Below are positions 19,376 through 30,747 of a stretch of 64,000 nt of DNA, piece after piece. Position numbers and translations under genes: made by a program. The stretch's first letter is position 1; the number at the start of each line of letters is the position of its first letter. Where the stretch lies: NCBI GenBank assembly GCA_038215615.1, contig JBBQQR010000009.1, forward strand, positions 12,682 through 76,681, written 5' to 3'. This DNA comes from Vulcanimicrobiales bacterium. Its GTDB lineage: Bacteria; Vulcanimicrobiota; Vulcanimicrobiia; Vulcanimicrobiales; Vulcanimicrobiaceae. A model generated the notes under the pieces. The model was not told where the DNA came from. It saw only the letters and a list, made by a program, of their open reading frames with translations, and ran no database searches.

Positions 19376-20482
19376 GTGCGGCTGTTACTGAGCGGGTACT
19401 ATGGGTTTGGAAACCTCGGCGATGAAGCGCTTCTGGCTGTGATCGTCTCGCAACTTCGCACGCGACATCCCTATGCCGAAATCGACGTGCTCAGCGCCAA
19501 GCCCGAGGTGACGGCGCACGAATTGCGGGTGGACGCGACGCCGCGCTGGGATTCCAAGGCGGTGCGCCAAGCGATCGAACGCGCCGACGTAGTGCTTTCG
19601 GGCGGCGGCGGATTGCTGCAAAATGCGACCAGCTTGCGCAGCCTCATCTATTACAGCGGCATTATTCGGGCTGCGGTGCGCGCGCGGCGAACGACGATGA
19701 TCTTCGCGCAGTCGATCGGTCCGCTCGATTTTTGGGGAAGAACCGTCGTGCGTGAAACGTGTAAGGGTATCGCGGGCGCAACCGTTCGTGACGATCGGTC
19801 GCGCGAGTTGCTCGGCTCGCTGCTGCCCGGCATCCGGGTGGAACGAACCGCGGACCCGGCATTTCTGTTCGAAACGCCCGAGGATCAAGATGACTTTTCC
19901 GCCGACGGTTTGGGACCGCAAAGCGATCCGCTCGCGATTATCAGCGTGCGCAAGGCCAATGGTTTGAAAGATCGCATCGACGTGCTGGCGCGGGCGGTCG
20001 ACCGGCTGAGCGAAGAGCATGGGTTGCGAGTTGCGTTTCTTCCGCTGGGCGGCGCGTCCGATGCGGAAGTTTCCACGACGATCATTCGCAAGTGCCGCAC
20101 GCCGGCCGTGCTGTTGCCCGAAGCGCCGCTCGCTCGCGCTGCAAACATTATCGGGCGCGCCAAAGTTTTGGTCGGTATGCGGCTGCATTCGCTCATTCTG
20201 GCTGCGCGTCAGGGCGTGCCGTTTCTGGCGATTCCCTACGATCCGAAGGTCACGGCTTTTTGCGCAGATCTGGCTTATCCGCTGCCGCCGCTTTTTTCGC
20301 TCGAGACACCGGAAGAAAAGCCGGCTCCCGAGGCGGTCGATTCGGCGATCGACGCTCTGTGGAACCGGCGCGAGTCGCTGCGCGAGTACTTGCTGGCCGC
20401 GCGCGAGCCGCTGGAGCGATTGGCGCTGCGCAACTTTGAAGTGCTCGACGAGCTGATCGCGCAAGGGCCGCCGCGTGAGTGA
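19376..20482 (+). CDS. csaB: Polysaccharide pyruvyl transferase
   Basis: SGYYGFGNLGDEA, SGGGGLLQ..TS.RSL.YY, GMRLHS, YDPKV. Confidence 0.9.
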   Translation: MRLLLSGYYGFGNLGDEALLAVIVSQLRTRHPYAEIDVLSAKPEVTAHELRVDATPRWDSKAVRQAIERADVVLSGGGGLLQNATSLRSLIYYSGIIRAAVRARRTTMIFAQSIGPLDFWGRTVVRETCKGIAGATVRDDRSRELLGSLLPGIRVERTADPAFLFETPEDQDDFSADGLGPQSDPLAIISVRKANGLKDRIDVLARAVDRLSEEHGLRVAFLPLGGASDAEVSTTIIRKCRTPAVLLPEAPLARAANIIGRAKVLVGMRLHSLILAARQGVPFLAIPYDPKVTAFCADLAYPLPPLFSLETPEEKPAPEAVDSAIDALWNRRESLREYLLAAREPLERLALRNFEVLDELIAQGPPRE

Positions 20483-23276
20483 TCCGGCGGAACGCGATTA
20501 TCGCGACACGCTGAACCTGCCGAAGACGGACTTTCCGATGAAAGCGGACTTGCCGAAGCGGGAGCCCGACCGCGTCGCGTGGTGGGAAGAGCGGCGCACC
20601 TACGAAAAACGCCTCGAGCGCAATGCGCGCAACGCGCCGTGGATATTGCACGACGGTCCACCTTATGCCAACGGCGAGCTGCACATGGGCCATTTCCTGA
20701 ACATGGTCCTGAAAGACATCTTCGTAAAAATAGCGCTAATCGATTCGCGCTGGGCGAAGTTCGTGCCGGGCTGGGACATGCATGGCTTACCGATCGAGCT
20801 CGATACGCTCAAGCATCTAAAAATAAAAGATTTTCACGACGTCGATCCGGTCGAGTTCCGGGAGAAGTGCAAAGAGCGCGCGCTGCATTGGCTGGACCGC
20901 CAACGCTCGGTGCGCATGCGCATGGGGAACTTCGGCGACTGGCAGCATCCGTATCGCACGATCGATCCCGAATTTGAAGCGACGATCGTGGAAACGCTCG
21001 GCGCGCTCGCATCCAAGAATCAGCTCTACAAAGGCCTGCGCTCGACGCTGTGGTGCATTCACGACGAAACGGCGCTCGCCGAAGCGGAGATCGAATACAA
21101 GCCGCGCGTCTCGCCGTCGGTCACGGTACGTTTTACCGCGAACGACGCCCAACGAATGGCACTCTTAAGTGCCATGGCGAGCCTGTCGAACCACCCCGAG
21201 CAGCGCGGCGTAGCCGCGCAAGCCGAGGGGCTTTCAAAGCTAAGCCTCCTCATCTGGACCACGACACCGTGGACGCTGCCCGCAAATGCCGCGATCGCGC
21301 TGCGTCCGGATGCCGAGTATGGTTTGTACGTGGTGGGCGATGAAGCGGTGATTGTTGCCGATGCGCTCGCCGAAAAAACGTTAGGCGACCGCGTCGTGGA
21401 CGCGCGGCGAATCGGGGGCGCGAAGGGAAGCGCGTTGGAAGGATTGGCGGTCCGCCATCCGTTCATGGATCGCGACACGCCGATCGTGCTCGCCGATTAC
21501 GTCGACATGGAAACCGGAACCGGCGCGGTACACACGGCGCCGGGGCACGGTGCGGACGACTTCGAAACGGGCGTGAAATACAATTTGCCGATTATCAATC
21601 CGGTCAATTCTGGCGGCGTTTTCACGAGCGAAGCGGGACCGTACGCCGGCATGCACATTTGGAAAGCCAATCCGAAGATCGTCGAGGATCTGCGCGCGAG
21701 CGGCGCGCTTTGGGATTATGCGGACTTCGAACACAGCTATCCGCACTGCTGGCGCTGCCACAACCCGGTGATCTTCCGCGCAACCGCGCAGTGGTTCATC
21801 GCGATGGATCAAAACCGGCTGCGCGCGCGCACGATCGAAAACATCCGCAGCGTGCAGTGGACGCCCGCGTGGGGCCAAGAACGCATCGCGCAAATGCTCG
21901 AGACGCATCCCGAGTGGTGCATCTCGCGTCAGCGCACGTGGGGAACGCCGATTCCGGCAATTGTTTGCAAGGGATGCGGCGAATCGATCCTCGATCCCGA
22001 AGTCGCCCGCATTACTGCCGAAATCTTTCGGGAACGCGGCGCCAATGCGTGGTGGACCGATCCGGTGCAGAGTTTTCTGCCGCCAAATTTTGCCTGCCCC
22101 AAGTGCCGAAGCACGACGTTCGAAAAAGAAAAGAACATCGTCGACATCTGGTTTGAATCGGGCGTGACGCACTTGGCCGTGCTCGGCAAAAACGGCTTGC
22201 CTTGGCCGTCCGATCTGGTGCTGGAAGGCGGCGATCAGTATCGCGGCTGGTTCCGCAGCTCGATCGTGACGGCGACCGCGGTTAAAGGCGTGGCGCCTTA
22301 TAAACACGTGGTGAAGAACGGCTGGGTCAACGACGAGAGCGGCCGGCAGATGAGCAAATCGCTCGGCACCGGCATCGACGCGCAGGAAGCGATGCAAAAA
22401 TGGGGCGCGGACGTGCTGCGTTTGTGGGCGGCTTCGGTGGAGTTCGTCGACGACGTGCGCTTCGGGCCGCACGTCATCGAACAAGTCAGCCGCGTTTACC
22501 GCAACATTCGCAATCGCCTTCGCTTCATGGTGAGCAATCTTGGCGACGTGAATCCGGACGATCTCATCGCGCGCGAGAACATGGAGCCATTCGACGCGCT
22601 GGCGTGCGAGCAAGTCGATCGCTGGACCGTGACCGTCCTGGAGTCGCTGCGCGACTACGACTTACACGGCGCTTATTTAGAGATCGTGCGTTTCGAAGGA
22701 GATGACCTCTCAAGCTTCTATTTCGATGCGCTGAAGGACCGGCTCTATTCGAGCGCAGCCGGGGCGTCGCGCCGGCGCAGCGCGCAGAGCGCGCTCTTCT
22801 ATATATTGCAGCGCGTGCTGGCAGTGCTGGCGCCACTCCTTTCCTTTACGGCGGAAGAAGCGTGGCAAGCGGTGCCGGCGGAGTTGCGCCGCAGCGACAG
22901 CGTCTTCGACCTGACTTTCGAATCGGGGCGCCCGGCCGGAGAAAAGGCTGCCGCCCTCTGGCAGCTGCTGAAAGAATTGCGCCAGCAAGTCGCCGCTAAC
23001 GAGTCGCCGCGCGACTTTGAGGCCGACGCGAGCAGCGTTGTCGTTCCGGCGGCGATGCTGAACGACGTGACGGCGTTGGGCGACGGACTCCGCGAAGCTC
23101 TTGTGGTTTCCACTGTCGAGCGCGTGTCGGGTGACGGCGAGGAACGTCGCGTCTATTTACTGCCCGCTAAGGGCTCCAAATGCAAACGCTGCTGGAAATA
23201 CCTACCGCTTGGAAGCGATGCACAACATCCGTCGCTGTGCGCGCCGTGCGCAGAAACGGTTCATGCACTCGCTTAG
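20475..23276 (+). CDS. ileS: Isoleucine--tRNA ligase (carries an in-frame repeat insertion)
   Basis: HDGPPYANG, HMGH, WTTTPWTLP, GTGAVHTAPGHG, WCISRQR, QMSKS, C-terminal zinc finger. Confidence 0.97.
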   Translation: MSDPAERDYRDTLNLPKTDFPMKADLPKREPDRVAWWEERRTYEKRLERNARNAPWILHDGPPYANGELHMGHFLNMVLKDIFVKIALIDSRWAKFVPGWDMHGLPIELDTLKHLKIKDFHDVDPVEFREKCKERALHWLDRQRSVRMRMGNFGDWQHPYRTIDPEFEATIVETLGALASKNQLYKGLRSTLWCIHDETALAEAEIEYKPRVSPSVTVRFTANDAQRMALLSAMASLSNHPEQRGVAAQAEGLSKLSLLIWTTTPWTLPANAAIALRPDAEYGLYVVGDEAVIVADALAEKTLGDRVVDARRIGGAKGSALEGLAVRHPFMDRDTPIVLADYVDMETGTGAVHTAPGHGADDFETGVKYNLPIINPVNSGGVFTSEAGPYAGMHIWKANPKIVEDLRASGALWDYADFEHSYPHCWRCHNPVIFRATAQWFIAMDQNRLRARTIENIRSVQWTPAWGQERIAQMLETHPEWCISRQRTWGTPIPAIVCKGCGESILDPEVARITAEIFRERGANAWWTDPVQSFLPPNFACPKCRSTTFEKEKNIVDIWFESGVTHLAVLGKNGLPWPSDLVLEGGDQYRGWFRSSIVTATAVKGVAPYKHVVKNGWVNDESGRQMSKSLGTGIDAQEAMQKWGADVLRLWAASVEFVDDVRFGPHVIEQVSRVYRNIRNRLRFMVSNLGDVNPDDLIARENMEPFDALACEQVDRWTVTVLESLRDYDLHGAYLEIVRFEGDDLSSFYFDALKDRLYSSAAGASRRRSAQSALFYILQRVLAVLAPLLSFTAEEAWQAVPAELRRSDSVFDLTFESGRPAGEKAAALWQLLKELRQQVAANESPRDFEADASSVVVPAAMLNDVTALGDGLREALVVSTVERVSGDGEERRVYLLPAKGSKCKRCWKYLPLGSDAQHPSLCAPCAETVHALA
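21170..21231 (+). repeat. Composite GA-mismatch hairpin repeat, in frame in ileS
   Basis: TGCCA-TGGC-GAG-CCTGT-CGA-ACCA-CCCC-GAG-CAGCGCGGCGTAGCCGCGCAAGC-CGA-GGGG; encodes AMASLSNHPEQRGVAAQAEG. Confidence 0.85.
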
Positions 23277-23290
23277 CGTAGGGCGTTCAT

Positions 23291-23354
23291 GTTGTCATCG
23301 TGAGCCTGTCGAACGACCCTGAGTAGCGCATCTGCGATGCGCGGATCGAAGGGC
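23291..23354 (+). repeat. Composite repeat, left of the GIY-YIG gene
   Basis: GTTGTCA-TCGT-GAG-CCTGT-CGA-ACGA-CCCT-GAG-TAGCGCATCTGCGATGCGCGGAT-CGA-AGGG-C. Confidence 0.9.
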
Positions 23355-23396
23355 TCGGGGCCTTGTTAAATGTTTCCTCGGTCGCAGTAGAGACGC

Positions 23397-23686
23397 ATGC
23401 GACGTTATTACGTGTACATGTTACAGTGCGCCGACGGCAGCTTCTATATCGGGATAACGAACAATTTGGATTTGCGCGTTTGGCAGCACAACGAAGGTAT
23501 CGATACGCACTGCTATACGTACTTGAGGCGCCCCGCGACACTCGTCTATTCCACCGATTTCGATGACCCGAAAAGGGCCATCTCGTGGGAAAAAAGCTCA
23601 AAGGCTGGTCACGTAAAAAGAAACAAGCTCTCATCGATGATAACTGGAGCCGAATAAGCGAGCTCGCGCGTAGAAAAATCGTGTGA
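23397..23686 (+). pseudogene. Stand-alone GIY-YIG nuclease (UPF0213/YhbQ-like), frameshifted at an A6 run (real or assembly error)
   Basis: YYVYMLQCADGSFYIGITNNL..RV.QHNEG. Adding one A at 23590-23595 restores WEKKLKGWSRKKKQALI...KIV* ending at 23686. Confidence 0.85.
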
Positions 23687-23690
23687 ACGC

Positions 23691-23754
23691 GCCCCCTCGA
23701 CCTGGGCGCTTTCGCGCCCTGCTCGGGGTCCTTCGACAGGCTCAGGATGACAAC
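23691..23754 (-). repeat. Composite repeat, right of the GIY-YIG gene (inverted)
   Basis: Reverse complement: GTTGTCA-TCCT-GAG-CCTGT-CGA-AGGA-CCCC-GAG-CAGGGCGCGAAAGCGCCCAGGT-CGA-GGGG-GC. Confidence 0.9.
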
Positions 23755-23766
23755 TGATAGGCGACG

Positions 23767-24204
23767 CTATTTCAGCGTCTGGACAAACTCCGCAACGTCG
23801 TGAAGATCGCGCGGCGTCATCTTCCAGCGCGGCATGACGGGATCGAGCACCTTGCCCTGGTTATCGACGCCGGTGGAAATGGCGCGCTCCAAACTTTGGA
23901 GCGTATAGGCCGGTTTGACGGACGCGAGCGCCTTTTGCCGCAAGTCGGCGCTCACGGCTCCTCCCGGCAGGTGCACGCCGCCCGAACCATCGGCGCGATG
24001 GCAGGCCGCGCACGACGTGCGCAGCGGCGGATGCAGTGCATTGATGCGAAAACCTTGGCTGTCCTTGCCGGTGAGGAAGATCATACGCCCATCGGACATA
24101 GCGCTCATCCTGGCTGCGGTCGCGGCGCGCTGCGCTTGCATCGAGTTGTTCGCGCACGCGCAAAGCGTGGTTAACGCAACGAGCGGAATGATATATTTTC
24201 GCAC
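23767..24204 (-). CDS. Monoheme c-type cytochrome lipoprotein
   Basis: Lipobox-like LCAC, CAACH, distal MP; SD GGAGG. Confidence 0.85.
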   Translation of the reverse strand: MRKYIIPLVALTTLCACANNSMQAQRAATAARMSAMSDGRMIFLTGKDSQGFRINALHPPLRTSCAACHRADGSGGVHLPGGAVSADLRQKALASVKPAYTLQSLERAISTGVDNQGKVLDPVMPRWKMTPRDLHDVAEFVQTLK

Positions 24205-24239
24205 AATGAACCTCCGAACTGCAGTGTTGTTATCCTTCT

Positions 24240-27051
<2,812 letters not shown>

Positions 27052-27074
<23 letters not shown>

Positions 27075-27525
27075 GGCTTGAGAGGATCAGCAAGATGACG
27101 CCAATCGTTATGCACGTGTCGGCGACGTCAAAAATGTTCGGCCAGATTTTGTAAAAGTCGATGAAGTCGATCACATAGCGGTAATGCAGGCGGTCGACGA
27201 TGTTGCCGATCGCGCCGCCGAGGATCATGCCGAAGGCGATGCGCACAGTCCGCGAGGTACGCGCCTGATCGCGAAACGAGAACCAAAAGATCGCGAGCAC
27301 GACGGCCGCCATCGCGATGAGCAGCGCCGGCGAGTCGCCGAAAAGTCCGAACGCGCCGTGCTGATTTTGCTCGTACGTCCAGCGCAGCAAGCCCGGAATG
27401 ACCAGCCGGCTTTCCCCGGGCATGAAATGCCCTGCAATGTAGCGTTTGCTGAGCTGATCGGCCGCGACGACGAGCGCCGCCACCAGAACCAGCTGGAACG
27501 TGTCAGATTTTTGGCGTCGGAACAT
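27052..27525 (-). CDS. lspA: Signal peptidase II
   Basis: DQLSK, N.HGAFGL, GGAIGNIVDR, VIDFID, IFDVAD. Confidence 0.93.
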
Positions 27526-28231
27526 ATTGATAGAGCTTTCCCGAAAGTGGAAGGAACCAGTCGTTGACCAACACGATGCCGACCAGAATCATAAAGACTC
27601 CGGCGGCAATTTCGATCGCCGGCAAAAAGCGTTTGATGCGGTTGAGCGCGGGCAGCACGGCGCCGAAAGCGAGCGCCAACACGATGAACGGCACCGCCAG
27701 GCCCATGGAGTAGATGAACAGCAGCCACGCGCCCTGCGCGGCGCCCCCGGACTGCGACGCGATGGCAAGGATCGCCGCGAGAATCGGGCCGATGCACGGC
27801 GACCAGCCGGCCGCAAATGCGATGCCGACGATGCCCGACATGAAAAAGGAACGGTTGCCCGGCGGCAGATGCAGACGTTTGTCCATGGCCAGGAACTTCA
27901 AACGGAAAACGCCGATCATTTGCAATCCCAAGATGATGATGATAACGCCGCCGACTTGTGCGATAACGTGGCGGTTGGTCTTGAGCACTCCGCCGATGGC
28001 GCTGGCCGATGCGCCGAGCGCCACGAAAACGATCGTGAAGCCGATAATGAATGCGACCGCGTGCGCGATGACGCGAGCGCGCGCCGGCGCGGCCATGCTG
28101 CCTTGCAGTTCCTCCAGCGTCGAGCCGGTCAGAAATGAAAGATACGCCGGAACCAGCGGGAGGACGCAGGGAGAAACGAAGGAAACGAGGCCCGCCAGGA
28201 ACGCAATCCCAGCCCCGACGTGCGTGGTCAC
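27503..28231 (-). CDS. ccdA: Cytochrome c biogenesis protein CcdA
   Basis: SFVSPCVLPLVPAY and GWSPCIGPIL. Confidence 0.93.
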   Translation of the reverse strand: MTTHVGAGIAFLAGLVSFVSPCVLPLVPAYLSFLTGSTLEELQGSMAAPARARVIAHAVAFIIGFTIVFVALGASASAIGGVLKTNRHVIAQVGGVIIIILGLQMIGVFRLKFLAMDKRLHLPPGNRSFFMSGIVGIAFAAGWSPCIGPILAAILAIASQSGGAAQGAWLLFIYSMGLAVPFIVLALAFGAVLPALNRIKRFLPAIEIAAGVFMILVGIVLVNDWFLPLSGKLYQYVPTPKI

Positions 28232-28257
28232 GCAATCTTCATTTGACAGGACCGCTC

Positions 28258-29100
28258 TTGAATCATTGGTTCACGTATCCCAACATCGATCCGATCGCCA
28301 TTCATATCTGGCGCATCAGCATTCATTGGTACGGCATATCCTATTTGATTGGGTTTGCGGCCGTTTACTTCTGGATGAGCCGTCCGGCAGGCATGCGGCG
28401 CCTCGGATTGACTCGCGATCAGATTCAGGATTTTCTCGTTTACGCATTGGTCGGCGTGCTCGTCGGCGGGCGAACGTTTTTCGTCATCAACGACATCATC
28501 AGCAAGCACAATTTGTCGTCGTATCTCAGCAATCCAATCAATTTCATCGCGATTTGGAATGGCGGCATGGCCTTCCATGGTGCGATGATCGCGACTATGG
28601 TCGCAACCATCCTTTTTCTGCGCAAGCATCCCGGTCTGACGTTCAGCGTGTTGGGCGACGAAATGGTCATGCTCTTGCCGGTCGGGATCGCGCTCACGCG
28701 CTTCGTCAATTTTATCAACGACGAACTGTGGGGCGACGCCTGCAAACCGGATCGGCCGTGGTGCATGGTGCCCGGTCCTAACGCCGACATACCATTGCAA
28801 AACCGTGGCCTGCCGCTGCACCCATCGCAACTCTACGAGGCGATTCTCGATGCGTTGACGCTGCCGGTTCTGCTCTTCATTTATAAGCGGCGCCCTCCCG
28901 ACGGGGTCGTAGCCTGGAGTTGGTTCACGCTGTACGGCGTCACGCGATCGATTGCCGAGATTTGGCGGCAAGCGGATTTTTCGTGGCACGGAATTACCGG
29001 CGGCCAGTTCTACGCGCTGCCGATGATTGCGATCGGTGCAATCATGCTGTATGTGTGCGCGCGGCGGGGGGTTCGCACCGACGCTGCTGCCGCCGCATGA
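28258..29100 (+). CDS. lgt: Prolipoprotein diacylglyceryl transferase
   Basis: IDPIA, HWYG, GGMAFHG, NFINDELWG, HPSQLYE; TTG start inferred. Confidence 0.93.
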   Translation: MNHWFTYPNIDPIAIHIWRISIHWYGISYLIGFAAVYFWMSRPAGMRRLGLTRDQIQDFLVYALVGVLVGGRTFFVINDIISKHNLSSYLSNPINFIAIWNGGMAFHGAMIATMVATILFLRKHPGLTFSVLGDEMVMLLPVGIALTRFVNFINDELWGDACKPDRPWCMVPGPNADIPLQNRGLPLHPSQLYEAILDALTLPVLLFIYKRRPPDGVVAWSWFTLYGVTRSIAEIWRQADFSWHGITGGQFYALPMIAIGAIMLYVCARRGVRTDAAAAA

Positions 29101-29744
29101 TCGCCGAGCGTTGGGCACAGCTGCGGGCGGAGATTCCGGCGCACGTTACGATCGTCGCCGTAACGAAGTTGCAGCCGGCCAGCGCGCTCGAGGAAGCTCT
29201 CGCCGCCGGCGTCCGTGATATCGGCGAAAACTACCTGCAGGAGGCGCGCGCGAAGTTTGAGGCTGTGAGCGGCGATCAGTCATTCATGAAGCACTTCATC
29301 GGGCACGTGCAAAGCAATAAAGCCAAAGCCATCGTCGAGACGTTCGACGTGGTGCAAAGTGTCGACCGGATTGAGGCGGGACTCGCCCTCGCAAAGGCTG
29401 CTGCTGCCGCGGGCAAGCGCCTGCGAGTCCTCATCCAGCTGAATATTTCGCCCTCCCAAAGGTTCGGCGTTCGCCCCGAGGAGGCGCCCGAGCTCGCGCG
29501 CGCTCTGCGCCAAGAGGCGAGCCTGGCCGTGGACGGCGTCATGGCAATCGGCCCGCTGGGCGCATCAAGTTCGGAGACTGCGCGCGCATTCGAAATCGCG
29601 GCCGGCGTCTTCGGGGCCGTCGGCGGGACGGTACTCTCGCTTGGAATGTCGGGCGATTGGCGCGAGGCGTTGCGCGCCGGCTCGACGATGGTGCGACTGG
29701 GCAGCGTTTTATTCGGGCCGCGGGCGGCGCCCGCGCGGGTCTAG
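29097..29744 (+). CDS. yggS: PLP homeostasis protein YggS/YlmE
   Basis: VAVTK, GENYLQE, HFIGHVQSNK, LSLGMSGD, MVRLGS.LFG. Confidence 0.93.
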   Translation: MIAERWAQLRAEIPAHVTIVAVTKLQPASALEEALAAGVRDIGENYLQEARAKFEAVSGDQSFMKHFIGHVQSNKAKAIVETFDVVQSVDRIEAGLALAKAAAAAGKRLRVLIQLNISPSQRFGVRPEEAPELARALRQEASLAVDGVMAIGPLGASSSETARAFEIAAGVFGAVGGTVLSLGMSGDWREALRAGSTMVRLGSVLFGPRAAPARV

Positions 29745-29785
29745 CCGCCGGGCCGTCGAAGTTTTAACGCTAAAGTGAGGCTGAC

Positions 29786-30196
29786 ATGAGCATGTTTACC
29801 AGGATCGGCTCGTTCTTTTCGATGAGCGACGAAGATGACGAACTGTATGCGGAAGAAGGCTCGCGCAACGTCGTCCCGCTGAGCGGCGTCTCCCGCCGCG
29901 GCGGCACCGAAGTTAGCGTTTACGCGCCGCGCGCATTCGGCGACGTTACCGAAATCGCCGACGCTCTGCGTAACCGCCAAGTGGTGATCGTCAATCTCCA
30001 AAACGCGGACCGCTCGCTGCTGCAGCGCGTCGTCGACTTTACGTCCGGCGTCGCATACACGATTGACGGCAAGATCCAAAAACTCGCCGAAGCGATTTAC
30101 CTGATCGTCCCGGCGGGCGTCGTGGTCAATTCGCAAGGCTTGCGCGAATCCATGATGGCCGACGGTTCCCTCGACTTTCTTTCCAATAGAGGATGA
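29786..30196 (+). CDS. sepF: Cell division protein SepF
   Basis: P..F.D..EIAD.L...VVIVNL....RVVDF.SG; position after yggS. Confidence 0.92.
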   Translation: MSMFTRIGSFFSMSDEDDELYAEEGSRNVVPLSGVSRRGGTEVSVYAPRAFGDVTEIADALRNRQVVIVNLQNADRSLLQRVVDFTSGVAYTIDGKIQKLAEAIYLIVPAGVVVNSQGLRESMMADGSLDFLSNRG

Positions 30197-30747
30197 GCAT
30201 GCAAAGAATCACGCCAGTCGACATCCAGCACAAGACCTTCAAGAAGGCGCTGCAGGGATACGACCGCGCGGAAGTCGATCAGTTTTTGGACGAGGTCATC
30301 GAGACGCTCGAAGACGATGCGCAGCATCGCGCGGCGCTCGAAGCGGAGATCGCCGACCTCAAAGAACGGATCAGCCATTTCAAAGCGATGGAAGAGTCGC
30401 TGCAAAACACGCTGCTGCTGGCGCAGCGCACCGCTGACGAAGTAAAAGCTTCGGCGCATAAAGAGGCCGACCTGATCAAAGAGCAGGCGCGCATTTCTGC
30501 CGAGCGCGAGATTTCGACGTTCACCGACGCTGCCGCCGACGCGCGGCGCGAACATCAGCGCGCGAACGAAGCCGCCGAGAAAGCCCGCAGCGAGCTACGC
30601 AGCCTGCTGATGACGCACATTGCGCTGTTGGAAAGAACGCCTCCGCAAAGCAACGGCGAGACGCCGCAGGCGGCCGAACCGCCCAAGGCGTCCGGCGAGA
30701 GCTCGGAGACCGATCTGAGCGATACCAACCGCATCACCGTCTATTAG
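30193..30747 (+). CDS. divIVA: DivIVA domain protein
   Basis: ITPVDIQHKTFKKALQGYDRAEVDQFLDEV followed by coiled coil. Confidence 0.92.
   Translation: MSMQRITPVDIQHKTFKKALQGYDRAEVDQFLDEVIETLEDDAQHRAALEAEIADLKERISHFKAMEESLQNTLLLAQRTADEVKASAHKEADLIKEQARISAEREISTFTDAAADARREHQRANEAAEKARSELRSLLMTHIALLERTPPQSNGETPQAAEPPKASGESSETDLSDTNRITVY

Larger units (their letters stand above)
23291..23754. mobile_element. Putative element: GIY-YIG nuclease gene flanked by two inverted 64-bp composite repeats
   Basis: Ends GTTGTCATC... and ...GATGACAAC enclose a single nuclease ORF between ileS and a cytochrome c gene. No target-site duplication seen. Confidence 0.65.

Noticed and set aside
23587..23596. A6G as a programmed -1 frameshift site in the GIY-YIG gene
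   Set aside because: The zero-frame codons are GAA AAA AGC, not the canonical A_AAA_AAG phase, and two other genes show the same error-like pattern.
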